Source: Negaprion brevirostris
Lineage: Eukaryota
Direction of reading: 5' to 3'
Assembly (NCBI GenBank): GCA_030324005.1
Contig: JARDVH010000132.1
Span: 97,226,472-97,290,471, forward strand
DNA: 64,000 nucleotides
Positions 1-12,510 of the stretch are shown here, piece after piece (within the stretch, counting starts at the first letter, position 1; every line of letters starts with the position of its first letter). The position numbers and the translations under genes were made by a program. The notes under the pieces were generated by a model. That model searched no databases. It saw only the letters and a list, made by a program, of their open reading frames with translations, and had not been told where the DNA came from.

Positions 1-99
1 ACCACTCAAATCATGGGTCATTCCCCCCCGTCCCCACGCCACACAAGCATGAGGGTGACCTAACCCTCCCCGCCCCCATCTCCCACCACCCTCCTCAGG

Positions 100-520
100 C
101 CCCCCACTCAGCACCCACCCCCCCTCCCTTTCAGGCCACATACCTTGGCGGTGCCAACATTACACTGCCCCCGGCACCCTGCCTCTGACACCCTGGCATG
201 GTGCCTTGGGGGGTTGTGAAAGTAGGTCCAGTGGCCATTTCCTCCTCTGCCACTGCCAGGTTGCAGAGGAAGGGTCCTTCAAGGGTCTTGGGGTTGGGTG
301 GTCTCAGGCTGGGGGCAAGAAATTGACCTCGCCACTCTGCTGGGATGTTGTGGCTGGACCGTGCCTGCTAGCACTGGCAGGCCTGGCATGGTGATTTCAT
401 CCAACCCTGTGACCAATATCTGCATTCCTGCCTGGGCGTTGTGTAAATTCTGAAGTGGCCAGACCACCCTAACCTCCTGTGCCCCCCCCAGTCACCTGGC
501 AGGATTTTAAAATCATTTCT
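100..520. repeat. GC-rich interspersed repeat, probably internal part of a non-autonomous DNA transposon
   Basis: Direct similarity to 46935-47190 (aggtccagtggccatttcctcctctgccactgccaggttgcagaggaagggtccttcaagggtc vs aggtctagtggccatttgtccctttgctgctaccaggctgcagaggaaagatccctcaagggtc). Confidence 0.55.
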
Positions 521-581
521 CGCACTCCACTCTGCAGCAGAGATTTCCCTGTCTCCCTTTCAGAAAAGGAGGGGTGGGCAG

Positions 582-993
582 ACAAAGAACAAAGAAAATT
601 ACAGCACAGGAACAGGCCCTTCGGCCCTCAAAACCTGCACTGACCATGCTGCCCATGTAAACAAAAACCCCTTACCTTTCTGGGGACCATATTCCTCTAT
701 TCCCATTCTTTTTATCTTTGTCAAGATGCCCCTTAAAAGCCACTACCATATTGGCTTCCACTCCTCCCCAGCAACAGGTTCCAGGCACCCACCACCCTTT
801 GTGTAAAAAAATCTGCCTCGTACATCTCCTTTAAACATTGCCCCTCACACCTTAAATCTATGCCTCCTAGTAATTGACTCTTCCACCCTGGGAAAAAGGT
901 CCTGACTATCCACTCCGTCCATGCCCCTCATAATCTTGTAGACTTCTACCAGGTCGGTCCTAAACCTCTGTCGTTCCAGTGAGAACACACCAT
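582..993 (-). mobile_element. CR1-type LINE 3' fragment
   Basis: Begins with the reverse complement of the CR1 3' tail (acaaagaacaaagaaaattacagcacaggaacaggcccttcggccc), followed by ORF2 C-terminal sequence. Confidence 0.8.
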
Positions 994-998
994 GTTTT

Positions 999-1277
999 GT
1001 GAGGGGAAATGTTTAAAGGAGATGTACAAAGCAAGTTTTTTTACACAGAGGGTGGTGGGTGCCCAGAACTCGTTGCCGAGGGAGGTAGTGGAAGCAAATA
1101 CAGTAGTGATTTTTAAGGGGCATCTTGACAAATACATGAACAGGATGAGAATAGAGTGATATGGTCCCCAGAAGGGTAGGGGATTTTAGTTCAGCTGGGC
1201 GCCATGGTTGGTGCAGTCTTGGAGGGCTGAAGGGCCTATTCCTGTGCTGTAATTTTCTTTGTTCTTGTCTTTGTTCT
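999..1277 (+). mobile_element. CR1-type LINE 3' fragment, inverted relative to 582-993
   Basis: ttttacacagagggtggtgggtgcc...gaagggcctattcctgtgctgtaattttctttgttct; reverse complement of about 582-848. Confidence 0.8.
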
Positions 1278-1409
1278 ATGAACTGCATTCTGAGGCAACA
1301 GAGACAGGATGATTCAGTTCTAAAAGCAGCAGGAATAAGAAGCAAAAGAAGCAATCGTAACTGAATCATCTTGTCCATGCCTCATTATTGTCAATGACTA
1401 ATTATGCTT

Positions 1410-1815
1410 GAGAGGGTCTGTCCTCCTGAACTGTTGCAGTCCACCTGATACAGGTACATTCACAGTGCTGTAAGGGAGGGAGTTCCAGAATTTTGACCCA
1501 GAGACAGTGAAGGAGGCAATATAGCTCAAGTCAGGATGGTACATGTCTTGGAAGGAAAGTCCAGTGGTGGCTCTGGTGGCTTTCCCATACATCTGCTGCT
1601 CTAATCCATCTTGCTGGTATAGGTTGTGGATTTGGAAGGTGCTGAAGAAGAAGGATTGGTGAGTTGCTGCAGTGCATCTTTTGAAATTTAGATGCTGAGA
1701 CTCTGCACTGGTGGTGGAGGGAGTGAATGTTTAAGGTGGTGGATGGGGTCAAGATCTAGAAGACTGCTTTTCTTGGATGGGATCAATCTTGTTGAGTGCT
1801 GTTGAAATTGCTCTC
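1410..1815 (-). mobile_element. LINE (CR1/L2-group) ORF2 C-terminal relic
   Basis: Minus-strand peptides TLNIHSLHHQCRV...KMHCSNSPILLLQHLPNP and SFTVSGSKFWNSLP. The same family's 3' end is at 54450-54650 (+) and 50550-50640 (-). Confidence 0.65.
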
Positions 1816-2876
1816 ATTTGCTATTTGATGAGTGCATGTCAACACTGCTGACTGATTGTTAATGACATTGATCCCATTTTGGTGCCTGAGATAAACTTAT
1901 GCCATTGCCAAGGGGAAGGCAAATAACCATGGTTGCAGTTCCTTATGCAGCAAGGGTCAGAATTGCTTTACTGCCAAATTGGTAAAGTTACTCTTGTATA
2001 CATCTCCGCACTAATATCCTTATTTGAACTGTAAATTCTTTGAGGATTAATAACTGATGGAGTCCATGCTCTATAAATGTTCCAGGCTCTATTATTCCAT
2101 TCAGTGCTGCTTTCTCTCCGATTAATGACAAACAAGTGTGTGTGCAAAATGAATGCCATATCTGCCCTGAGAAGCCCTCACTTAGGACGACGAGATAAAA
2201 TTCTTGAAGTGAGTTCACACATTCAGACACAAACCTTGCTCTGTACAAGCAGAATTACTGCTAAAAGTTGTTCCTATCTGCAAAATGTTCTTGTAAAACT
2301 CTCCCTACACTTCAGGTTTATAAATGCCTCACTTCCGTCTGTCAGAGCAGATCCTGGCAACATCTATGTCTTACGATTCCCATTTTAACTTTAGCCACTT
2401 GCACTGTGAATGTGAGAGGGGGGGATTCTGAGCTCCAATGTCACCAGCCCTCATTACTATGAGTTCACTCACCAGTGAGCTGACAGTGTTTTGAGGTGTA
2501 AATTACCAAAGGAAATGATTGTTGTTCCATTTTTCTGATGCTGTTAGTTTCAATTATATGGTAAAGTTCCATCAAAGCATTGTGGAACGTCTAAGCCTGA
2601 ACCTGCCCATATATTTTATATACATATTTTGTTTTGGATCACATTCATTATCTCTGCCTATGACTTTCCATACAATCATCCCTCACAATGAGTACCATAA
2701 GTAGACTTTCAAGACTTCAAACCAAAGCACTTTGTCCTTTTGTTACTGATACTTAAGCATTCTAATTGCGTTGGCAGTAAAATTTCTGTAAAGGAGCACT
2801 GGTGCAAATGAGTGACTTTGTTCTCAAGTATTCATTACAGTGTTGTGCATTTCATTGAATCATAGAAATATACAGC

Positions 2877-3714
2877 TGTTGTACCTGTTAATTCTCAGAT
2901 ACTTTTGACCAGTTTGCTTACTCCAAGGTTTTACCCCGGTGCCCTTACTTGCAAGATGGACAAAGAACAAACACAAGTAAAGGTTCAACAAGTTTATTAA
3001 TAATAACACTATTGACCCTTAAATTACCCAAATAAAATGAGATGATATCCCAGGTTCAAGTATACTACCCGCAGAGGTGGTTTGTTTAAAACTGCAGGCT
3101 CGATTCTCTGAGTCCCTCTGGTCCATCGTCACAAAGGTGAGTCTCAATGGCAGCTTCTTCATTCCTTCTCTGGTCAGTCTTCTGAATGGTCAAGGTTGTC
3201 TCCCTCATCGAGTCTTTGCTGCTGGTGTCTAAAAATGTGTCCCTTTACCCCCTGTCTGCTTGCCTTTCCAGAAACTTCTCTGGCTTCCAGCCAATGAGGT
3301 CCCAGGAGGGGGTTCCAATACCAATTGGGATTTGTCAGTCAGCCTCCAGGTTCCGAAGTCTGCCTGACCGGATACCAGGATCCGCCCCCAGGTGTCCATC
3401 TCCACGCTGTTGCTCACATATAACTTGCATTCAGATTAAGCCAACTGCAGGAACTCTTGGTGACAGAAAGTCTGGCCCGACCTGGGCTTCTAACAATAGG
3501 CTGGTGCATTTCAGTGGGGTGCAATGATCTCCTGCTAAGTATCAGTAGGATGCAACGACCTTTGATGGGTGATTGATGAATCGGGCCCTGACATGTTTGT
3601 GTTGTACAATTGGCCTGCCTAAGGTTCGACTGTGTTTGATATTAATGTGCCCAGTTCTTTAATATAGGATATCCAATTTTATCAGCCTTAAAACTAGGCC
3701 CTGTTTATATTACA
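2877..3714 (-). mobile_element. Solo LTR (Gypsy/ERV-like) with 4-bp TSD
   Basis: Starts TGTTGTA, ends TATTACA, flanked by CAGC at 2873-2876 and 3715-3718. Removing it restores a LINE tail (catagaaatatacagc|atagaaggagg). TTTATT near 2994 suggests a minus-strand polyA signal. Confidence 0.75.
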
Positions 3715-3718
3715 CAGC

Positions 3719-5660
3719 ATAGAAGGAGGGCATTTGGCTCATCATGCCCCTGCTGGATCTGTAAGAGCAATTGTGCCTCGTTCCACAGTCTCGCTCTTTG
3801 TCTGTAACTCTATAGTATCGTCAAGTATTGTACAACTCTCCTCTAAAATTGTTCATTGAATCAGCTTCCATTATTTTTTCATGTATTGCCTCTCTATCCC
3901 TTCTAACAAAATTATCATCTCACATTTCTCTGTATTCACTTCCATCTGCCCATTTTGCTTGCCTATCTATCCTGTTGCAGTCTCAATCATCCTTGTTGTT
4001 TGCCACACCTCTAAGTTTTGTACCATCAGCAATCTTTAAAATTTACTATATATTCCAATATTCAAATCAATTACACATATTAAATAAACTGTAGTCAGAG
4101 CACTGACCCTTGGCAACATCAATTGTCTACTGTTTACAATCTGAGTGCAACAATTTACCACAACTCGCTGTTTTCTGTCCTTAATCCATTTTTAAATCAA
4201 GTTGAAAATGACCATTTTATTCCATGAACTTCAATTCTTTAACCAGTCTCTTATGTGGTACCTTATCAAATGCATTCATAAGTTTTATATTCTATTGCAC
4301 TCTTATCATTAATCTTCTCTGATACTCCAGTAATTAGATTTTTTTCAAACACAGTCTACATTTTTCAATTCCATGCTAACTCTCCTTAATTAACTCAAAC
4401 CTCTCCCATTGGCTGTTAATTGATGAATTTTTGATACCTTAACCACTGACATTAAACTGACCAATCTGAAATTACTAGAAATATCCTTATATATGTTCAC
4501 CTAATTTTCTATAATTCATCTGGTTTCCCTATCTTGCTTTATTTAAGTAGTGGAGCGACATGTGCAATTTTCCAACCTCGAGTTAAATGGGCTTCCGAAT
4601 TGTGAGAACTTTGGAAGATTATAGTTAGGGGATCTGCAGTGTTCTTCCACACTTCATTCAAACTCTGGGATGGAAATTATATGGTCCTGGGAATCATTGA
4701 TCTTTTATTATCATTATTTTATTCATTATTGTTATCTTGCTGATGATGATTATTCTTATAAATCCCTGACCCTGACTCAATATTAATTTCCCCAGGATAT
4801 CTGACATATTGACTTCTTCCTCCATTGTAACTACTCATAAAAAGTATTCAGCAAAATATTGGCATTTCCTTCCTTTCAATGAGAATGTCCCTGTCATCAG
4901 TTTTCAAGAAACCCACACTATTCTTTACCATTCCCTTTCTCCTAACATTATGGCAAAAATATTATCTGTTTAGTTTGTTATCCCAATCATAGAATCCCCA
5001 CAGTGCAGAAGAGGTCACTCGGCCCATGGAGTTTGCAGCGACTCTCTGACAGGGTATCTAATGCAGGTACCCCCCCTCGCACTATAGTAGCAACCTACAC
5101 ATTTCCTATGGCTAATCCATCTAACTTCCTCTTGGGACACTAAGTGGTAATTCAGCATGGCCCATGTGCCTAACCCACACACCTTTGGATTGTGGGAAGA
5201 AACTGGAGCACCCAGAGAAAGCCCATGCAGACACAGGGAGAACATGCAACCTCCACACAGTCACCCAAGAATGGAATCAAACTTGGGTCTCTGGTGCTGT
5301 GAGGCAGTAGTGCTAACCACTGTGCCACCATGCCCCCCATTGTGCCATTGTTGCAAGTTTATTTCCATTTTCCATTTTTCTGGAGCTCCTTCTATCTGTA
5401 ACATCACTCTTTGTTCTTTGTATCTTTCCCATTCACAGGGATATGTACTGTCCTGCATTTTTATACGCTTTTAGTTTTGGATTTATGTTGTCTCTTGCCT
5501 TTTCAGTTTTTCATGACAGTTTCTTTTGGCAAGTAAGAGTTTTTGCTCCTTAGCAATATATGGTTCTATGTCACATTAAATTATTTTTTGAACACCTCCC
5601 ACTAATTTTCTGGCATTTTACCACAAACAAATTTGCTGAGTTTTCTGAGGACAGTCTCGG
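3719..5660 (-). mobile_element. Degraded CR1 LINE ORF2 (RT), interrupted by a SINE
   Basis: Minus strand at ~4240-4280 reads NAFDKVPHKRLVK (CR1 RT motif). The LINE tail is split by the LTR at 2877-3714. Confidence 0.7.
4986..5336 (-). mobile_element. HE1-type tRNA-derived SINE
   Basis: Reverse complement of head (ggcatggtggcacagtggttagcactactgcctcacagcacc), central tgtctgcatggg domain and gattctatgat tail. Confidence 0.9.
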
Positions 5661-5939
5661 GCCTGCTATTTAAAATATATTTAAATTAGAATTTGTATAC
5701 ATTGTGCAGCTCTGCGCCGATTTCTGGCACAGAGCTGATGGCACCAAAATTCCGGCTGCTAAAGATGCGTGGAGGCTGTGACACTCAGCGGGCAGTTTGC
5801 GAAACAGCGTCCGCTTGAGTCTCCCAGCTCGCTGTGCTACAAAAGCAGAGCAGAGGATTGGAAGAGTCACCTCCCCCATATGTTCGTGACTCTTTAAATG
5901 AACAAATTTTTATTCATCTCAGTCCTAGATGGTTTACCC

Positions 5940-6130
5940 ATTTGTTAAAGTTTTGTTTAAACTGAGTTATTAAATAAAGTTTGTTCCGTTATAAAAGATC
6001 CCGACTTTGTCAGAGAATCGTTCCTGGAAAGAATTATCCTACCCTCACATTTATGCCAAAATAGAAAAATTGTTGAGTTCTATTATGGCTTCCTAATGTA
6101 ACTTGGAGTTCTGGTCTGGGATCCTAAAAA
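5940..6130 (+). mobile_element. LTR 3' fragment
   Basis: aaataaagtttg...gtcagagaatcgttcctggaa...gggatcct resembles 11395-11470 and 15335-15600. Confidence 0.4.
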
Positions 6131-7129
6131 GTTCCTTCATTTCTCTTCTGGAGAGGTACATGTGTTTCATAAGTAATGTCTTTCTCTGTCTCTGTTGACG
6201 TGAAGCCAAAGCTGTGTAACATCGGAGTAACTTTGTAATGCAGGAATACACATCTGTGCACTCCCACAATTTTACATCCAATCAGTTAAATGTATGGAAA
6301 CTTATGAAGATTATGAGTCCAAGTTCCTTTTGTGCACTTTGACAGTGAATTTTTTCCACCGAGCACCCGAACTTGTAACCTGGCCATCTTTCTACATTGC
6401 AGCTATTTCTCCTATTTTCTTCTGGATGATAATTCCCAATCACTTTGTTTTGTCAGAAAGTCTAATTTATTTTGATTGTTCAACTGGAGCCGACTAGAAA
6501 GCATTCATGTATTCAGTCAGAATGAGAAAAGACACACAATTGACATTCGTCTCTGAGGTATTTATTGAGATGGGGGTGGAGTAGCATTGGGGAGTGGGAG
6601 ATCATTCTTCTGTCATTGCCTACAAGTTTAGCTGAATGTACAATTTTCATTAAAGCAACAAGGTTTGTTCTTTTAATGAAAATCCTCAACTTCAAAGGTA
6701 GGTATTTGTTTAAGGATCAGTTTCCTCATATGAGAATAAGACAAACTAACAGAAAGAACTTTGTTGCCCCCTACCCTCCAGACTGCTCTCAGGTCTAGTT
6801 ACTTTATTAACAGACAGGAAAATGTCTAGAATCAAAGCGCAATGACTTAGCAACTGGTCTGCATGTTTATGGCATCTTTCTTACACAGAAGGCAAGGTTA
6901 TGAAGCATTGAATGCTGTGCCCAGATCAGTGCGTTTATGCAGGTGTTTGAAACTGTTCGAATTTGTACACTGAGAATGGAAAGTTATCCCAATTTCCAGG
7001 GAAAGCCATAATTATGGATATGCTGAAAAGTCCACTTCTTGCAATGAAACAATAAAATCAATAAAAAATGTAAATCGTAATTGTGTAAAACTTTAGGCTG
7101 GTTTTTGCTTTGAAGCTAATAGATTGTTT

Positions 7130-8120
7130 CAGCCTGCCTCTGCCCCACTGAGCTACTTTCCTCTTGTCTTGACTCTATATATGTCCCCATGACTCCATGT
7201 CCACACTTTACCCACCTACATCTGGGACTGTTTGACCTCTGGTATGTTAGTGATTTTAGTCTTCTTACTATCATGGACATACAATTCCTCTCTACCTCCA
7301 TTCCTCAACTAGGATAGTGTCTGAACACTCCAGTTCACATTTACCTTCAGTTATCTGACTGAGCTTGTTCTCATCTCGAATAATTTACATTCCAACTCTA
7401 CTCACTTCCTCCCGACACCAGGGGTGGCCGTGAGAATCTACATGCTTCTCAACTTTGGCTGTCTCTTTACAGGCTATTTGCAATGTTCTTTGTTTCAGCT
7501 CTACTCAGACTCTTCTGCTGCTTCCTGTGTCTGACCTCGTGAATTCCATAAATTATTCTTCTCGTTCTCATTAATTCCTCATTACATGGTCATTCTAGAG
7601 ATGTCTTGTTCTATTTCTGGACTTCCCTAGCTGCATTTCTGACAATAGGCTTGCCACAGACATTTCTTACAAGCCCACAGCTTCCCACACCAGCTGGAAT
7701 TATACACGTTCCTACCTTTTAAGGCTCCAACCTATGTCTTAGTTTCTGTACCGTTGTCACATTCCATTTGGTGTCTTCATTTTCCATGCTGGAGCTTTGG
7801 AAATGCCCTCCTTTATTTCCAGCCAATGTTTCCTCTCAGCAGTAGTTGATAGGAACTTGACACCACTTGTTCCATTTTCTGTGCCTCTGTTCTCAACTTC
7901 TCTCTTCTCTCACATTGATGAAAGGTTCATGTTTCTCCCCATCTTTCTCACTATTAGTCCATATATCGAGCAGAGTATCATCTATCATTTCTGTTAGCAA
8001 TTAAGTTCATCACCATGCAGATGTTCCTCTCCACTTTCTGGGAGAACTCGTTCCTCCAAGATGCCATTGTTTATTTTTCCATTACTCCAACCTTTCAGCT
8101 GCCTATGTCCTGCCCCTTTA
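7130..8120 (+). mobile_element. Penelope-like element reverse transcriptase relic
   Basis: Plus-strand peptides MDIQFLSTSIPQ (~7273), LTELVLISNNLHSNSTHFLPTPGVAV and DISYKPTASH (~7660) match the PLE RT motifs MDVxSLYTSIPH, GVAMG and YxKPTDSH. Stops and frameshifts present. Confidence 0.75.
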
Positions 8121-8539
8121 GCGTACAATCACAGCAGATACAACAACAGAATTCTCCCTTAGTGGGTTCAACGGTAGGTGGAGGAGAATTTGGCAGGAGG
8201 TCCAAAAATCAGTTTTATGCCTGCATAAATTTCCCGTTGGGTCTTCCACTGGAGCCCACCATGGCAGATCAGGAAACCCGCTGATGGCTGGCATGAATTG
8301 CATCCCAATAATAGGATGCAGATGAAGATCCAAGCAGAATCCTTTCCTCATGCTGAATTTGCCATGATGCCAGTGGAAAAACATGTCAGTTCAGAACACA
8401 TCTGAAACTATATGGCATGCAGATGTCAGGACGCACTTGAAGAATGCCCAAGGTTGCCTCGCGAGTTGAGGATGGAGCTGCCAATGATCCTGGAACACCA
8501 GAACAATGGATGTGGTGGAGCATTTATCAAAGAAGTTGA

Positions 8540-8887
8540 TAAAGAAGGGTAGGATAAACTATGAAGCTGGGCTAGCACCTAATATAAAAAAGGATAGCAA
8601 GAGTTTTTATAAATATATAAAAAGGAGGAGGCTGGCGAGGGTGAACATTGGACCCTTAGAGGATGAGAGGGGGGACTTAGTGGTAGGGGATGGGGAAATG
8701 GCTGAGGCCTTGAANNNNNNNNNNNNNNNNNNNNNNNNNNNNNNNNNNNNNNNNNNNNNNNNNNNNNNNNNNNNNNNNNNNNNNNNNNNNNNNNNNNNNN
8801 NNNNNNNNNNNNNNATCTTATTGAATGGCGGGGCAGGCTCGAAGGGCTGGATGGCCTACTCCTGCTCCTATTTCTTATGTTCTTATA
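8540..8887 (+). mobile_element. CR1 LINE (ORF2 fragment, N gap, 3' tail)
   Basis: NIKKDSKSFYKYIKRRRLARVNIGPLEDERGDLVVGDGEMAEAL, then after the gap the tail tggcctactcctgctcctatttcttatgttcttat. Confidence 0.85.
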
Positions 8888-10813
8888 TGGATTTTCCAGC
8901 ATCAAAGTCATCGAGCAGATTCATCATCCACTCTCAAGAGTGTTCCTCTTCTTTCTTCCAGAGATCCATCTAATTTCTACAACGATGAGTCAGTGGTGAT
9001 GGGCTCCTTTTCAATATGGCACCCAGTTATGATGGTCAGATATGCGCAATCAAGCATGTCCCACCACAGAATAATTAATGAGATTGAGCAGGAAGATATG
9101 GTGTGACTTCCTGTTGGGGAAATGCTCAGTCTCTACTTCTGTCAGTCCCAGATGGGAGCACTCTGCCTATATCTCTTCACTTCACTTCTTTCCATGCCAT
9201 TGTCCAGGTCTGAGACATTTTTCTGTGCAGGAAAGTGCTTATTCTTCCAATCAAATATCTTAATTTCACTGCTCCTGACACTCTCCTGTACAATGTAAGT
9301 AAAAATTCTGATTAGATAATTGCTTTCTTTAATATCACTAAATGTGACATTCCTGTGGTTCAGCACTTCAGTTCTCTTTTATTCTTACTTTGATCTCCTT
9401 GTTTTCCAACAGGATTCAATGCAAAGCTCAAACATCTTTCCTGATCATTTTGCAGTGCCATGATCTCAGATTGAACTTTAGCAACTTCAGACATTTTGAG
9501 AACACCCTGTTTCTTCTTTCTTGACTGGAGAAGCTACAGTATGTTCCCAGCAATTTCTATTTACTTTACCAGCCTCTTGCAATTTTCTCTTTTTTTAAGC
9601 TTCCTTGTTTCTTTACAATTTTTCTTGCATGAAGCTTTCCCTTACCTTATTGTTGTCTTAGCTATTCATGGTTTAATTAGCTTTTTTAATGTATTTTTGT
9701 TTCCTCACAAAGTTGATCTTTTATTTTATCCAACAAGTTCCTAATTGTCTGCTAAATAGTTTGAGTACACTTAAACCGTGAATATTCTGTCTGCGATTGG
9801 CATATCTTGCATTTCCTCGCTCCTTTTTTCTAAATATAAAATAAAATGTTTGCTGTGTCCTTCCATTCTTTATAGTTGTGGCAATGTGTTAAACGTGAGA
9901 TGATTTAGAGGTTTTAATAAGTGTAAGTGCAAAGCAAGATGACTGACAATGGCAGTTGTCAGGATTGTTACTTTGCCAAAGCTAGTTCATAGGCCGTGAT
10001 ATAGCGGCCTCNNNNNNNNNNNNNNNNNNNNNNNNNNNNNNNNNNNNNNNNNNNNNNNNNNNNNNNNNNNNNNNNNNNNNNNNNNNNNNNNNNNNNNNNN
10101 NNNNNNNNNNNNNNNNNNNNNNNNNNNNNNNNNNNNNNNNNNNNNNNNNNNNNNNNNNNNNNNNNNNNNNNNNNNNNNNNNNNNNNNNNNNNNNNNNNNN
10201 NNNNNNNNNNNNNNNNNNNNNNNNNNNNNNNNNNNNNNNNNNNNNNNNNNNNNNNNNNNNNNNNNNNNNNNNNNNNNNNNNNNNNNNNNNNNNNNNNNNN
10301 NNNNNNNNNNNNNNNNNNNNNNNNNNNNNNNNNNNNNNNNNNNNNNNNNNNNNNNNNNNNNNNNNNNNNNNNNNNNNNNNNNNNNNNNNNNNNNNNNNNN
10401 NNNNNNNNNNNNNNNNNNNNNNNNNNNNNNNNNNNNNNNNNNNNNNNNNNNNNNNNNNNNNNNNNNNNNTCCCAATGTCGTCAGTGGGGCCATAGTCATG
10501 AGGTGGGGAGGGGGGCAGTTTGTGACATCCATTTGTGGGGGAGGTGTCACTACATTTAACTTTGACATTGAGGTGCCCCCAGTTTCAGATTCCTGGCATT
10601 GCCTGCAAGTCTTGGTCTAGTTGTGTGATCCTTGCCAGCACTTTGAAATTGCACAGAATGCCATTAAATCAGGCTAGAACAGGCGCTGTGATGCTGACAA
10701 ATTGCACATGGTTTTCTTGACCGATCCACCACTTTATACAATTGCATTCCAACACTTTCCTCTCATTCCCAATCCTCCCCTTTCTGCATTTCTGTTTTCA
10801 GATATTTCCTTAT

Positions 10814-11470
10814 TGTGATGATACACATGGAATCAATATAAGTGTATACGTTTTCTGTTAAATGGGAATGGTTAAAATTCAGCTCTATTCTGTAGGCAGC
10901 CAGTGTGTTTGGAAAACATTTTGCTCAAATGCTTGGGACAGCCGGATAATTATTCATTTTAGCCATGTAATGTTTACTTAGGATTTTTATTTATAGATGG
11001 AAATTTCTCTCGGGTTTTGATTAAAGAAATGAAAGGTGGGTTTAGATATACTGCGTCATGTGATTATGTGGTTAATGGGAGGAACTGGGTCTGCAGCAGA
11101 GAAACAGCTTTTCAGTTCTAGCTGGGGTTTGTTTGCAGATAGAGTTCTACAAGTTGCACTGAAACTCAAGTCTCTCTCTGAAAGCTTCAAGACTGTCTAC
11201 ACTCACAGCAAGTGTATTTCTTTGTACTAACTGTATTTAAAGTGGCATTGTAAATCTCAAAGAGGAATGTTGCTTATTTGGAACCAAAATAGTGATAAGT
11301 TAGAAATTAAAGTTGTTTCCTTTCATTTTTTAAATATGGTTTATGTGTTAATAGTTAATCTGCTTCATTTATAGAGTTATACTTAAACTTTGTTATTGAA
11401 TAAATTTTGTTTTACTGAAAAAAACCCTAATTAGTCAGTGTAATTACCGCTGGAATGAAGCATCCTTATT
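10814..11470 (+). mobile_element. Partial LTR-like sequence
   Basis: 3' part (gaataaattttgtt...gtcagtgtaattaccgctggaatgaagcatcc) resembles the LTR at 14766-15600. Confidence 0.4.
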
Positions 11471-12217
11471 CAGACTTTTCTGCAATGACAATGTGCTGAT
11501 GTGAAGATGATGAATTTGACACATTAGTTTGGCCACAGCCTGATAAATGGTGAGTGAAAAAGTTCGCTGAAGGGTAAAAATTCTCCCTGAGACATTATGG
11601 TAATCTCAATTAATGTAGAGTGTTGCTAAAGTTGTCAAATGCAGCCATCTACATGGTTGGGTAATATGAAGCTTTGCCAGCATTAAGTCCCTGCTGCATT
11701 GTTCTTCATCTAAAGTCAATAAGCGGCATTAAATTTTCCAATGGAAGGCCCAGGATAATTCATCTTTTCCATCTTTTAGCTGGTCAGCTAANNNNNNNNN
11801 NNNNNNNNNNNNNNNNNNNNNNNNNNNNNNNNNNNNNNNNNNNNNNNNNNNNNNNNNNNNNNNNNNNNNNNNNNNNNNNNNNNNNNNNNNNTCACATTCT
11901 TATTTGCCTGACTGCTGAAAGACAACTCCTCGCATGAAAGAGCATCTTCCTTCCTCACAGCAAGAACAATGCCCAGGGAGACACTTCATATTGGCCCTGA
12001 GACTTGATCCATCCTTCTTGTCATCAGGATCCACCTCAGTCTCTGATATGCTCTGGTGTTGGCAGGCCTAACTCTATCCCAACCCAGTGGGGCAAAAAAA
12101 TCAAACATTTCAGGGGATTTTTGACAAAGGGCTCTGTCACAGAAATCCATCTCATGTATTTTATTCTATCTGGTCCAATACAATTGTGAATTCATAACAT
12201 TTAAAATGATCTCAAGA

Positions 12218-12510
12218 TTCATGGTGGCACAGTGGTTAGCAGTGCTGCCTCACAGCGGCAGGGACCCAGGTTCAATTTCAACTTTGGGTGACTGTCTGTG
12301 GAGTTTGCACAGTTTCCCCATGTCTGCGTGTGTTTGCTCTGATTTCCTCCCACTGTCCAAAGATACGCAAGTTAGGTTGATTGACCTTGCTAAATTGACC
12401 TTTTCAGAGAGATAACCAGGTCGGGGTTACTTGGCTTGGGTGGGATTGTCGTCAGTGCAGACTAGATGGGCCAAATGGTCTCTTTCCACACTGTAAGGAT
12501 TCTATCATTC
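12218..12510 (+). mobile_element. HE1-type SINE
   Basis: A-box tggcacagtggttagc, B-box-like ggttcaatt, tail ggattctatcattc. Confidence 0.9.

Noticed and set aside
12221-12290. tRNA-like A/B boxes here and at other SINE heads
   Set aside because: They continue into the SINE body and tail, with no complete cloverleaf, so they are not tRNA genes.
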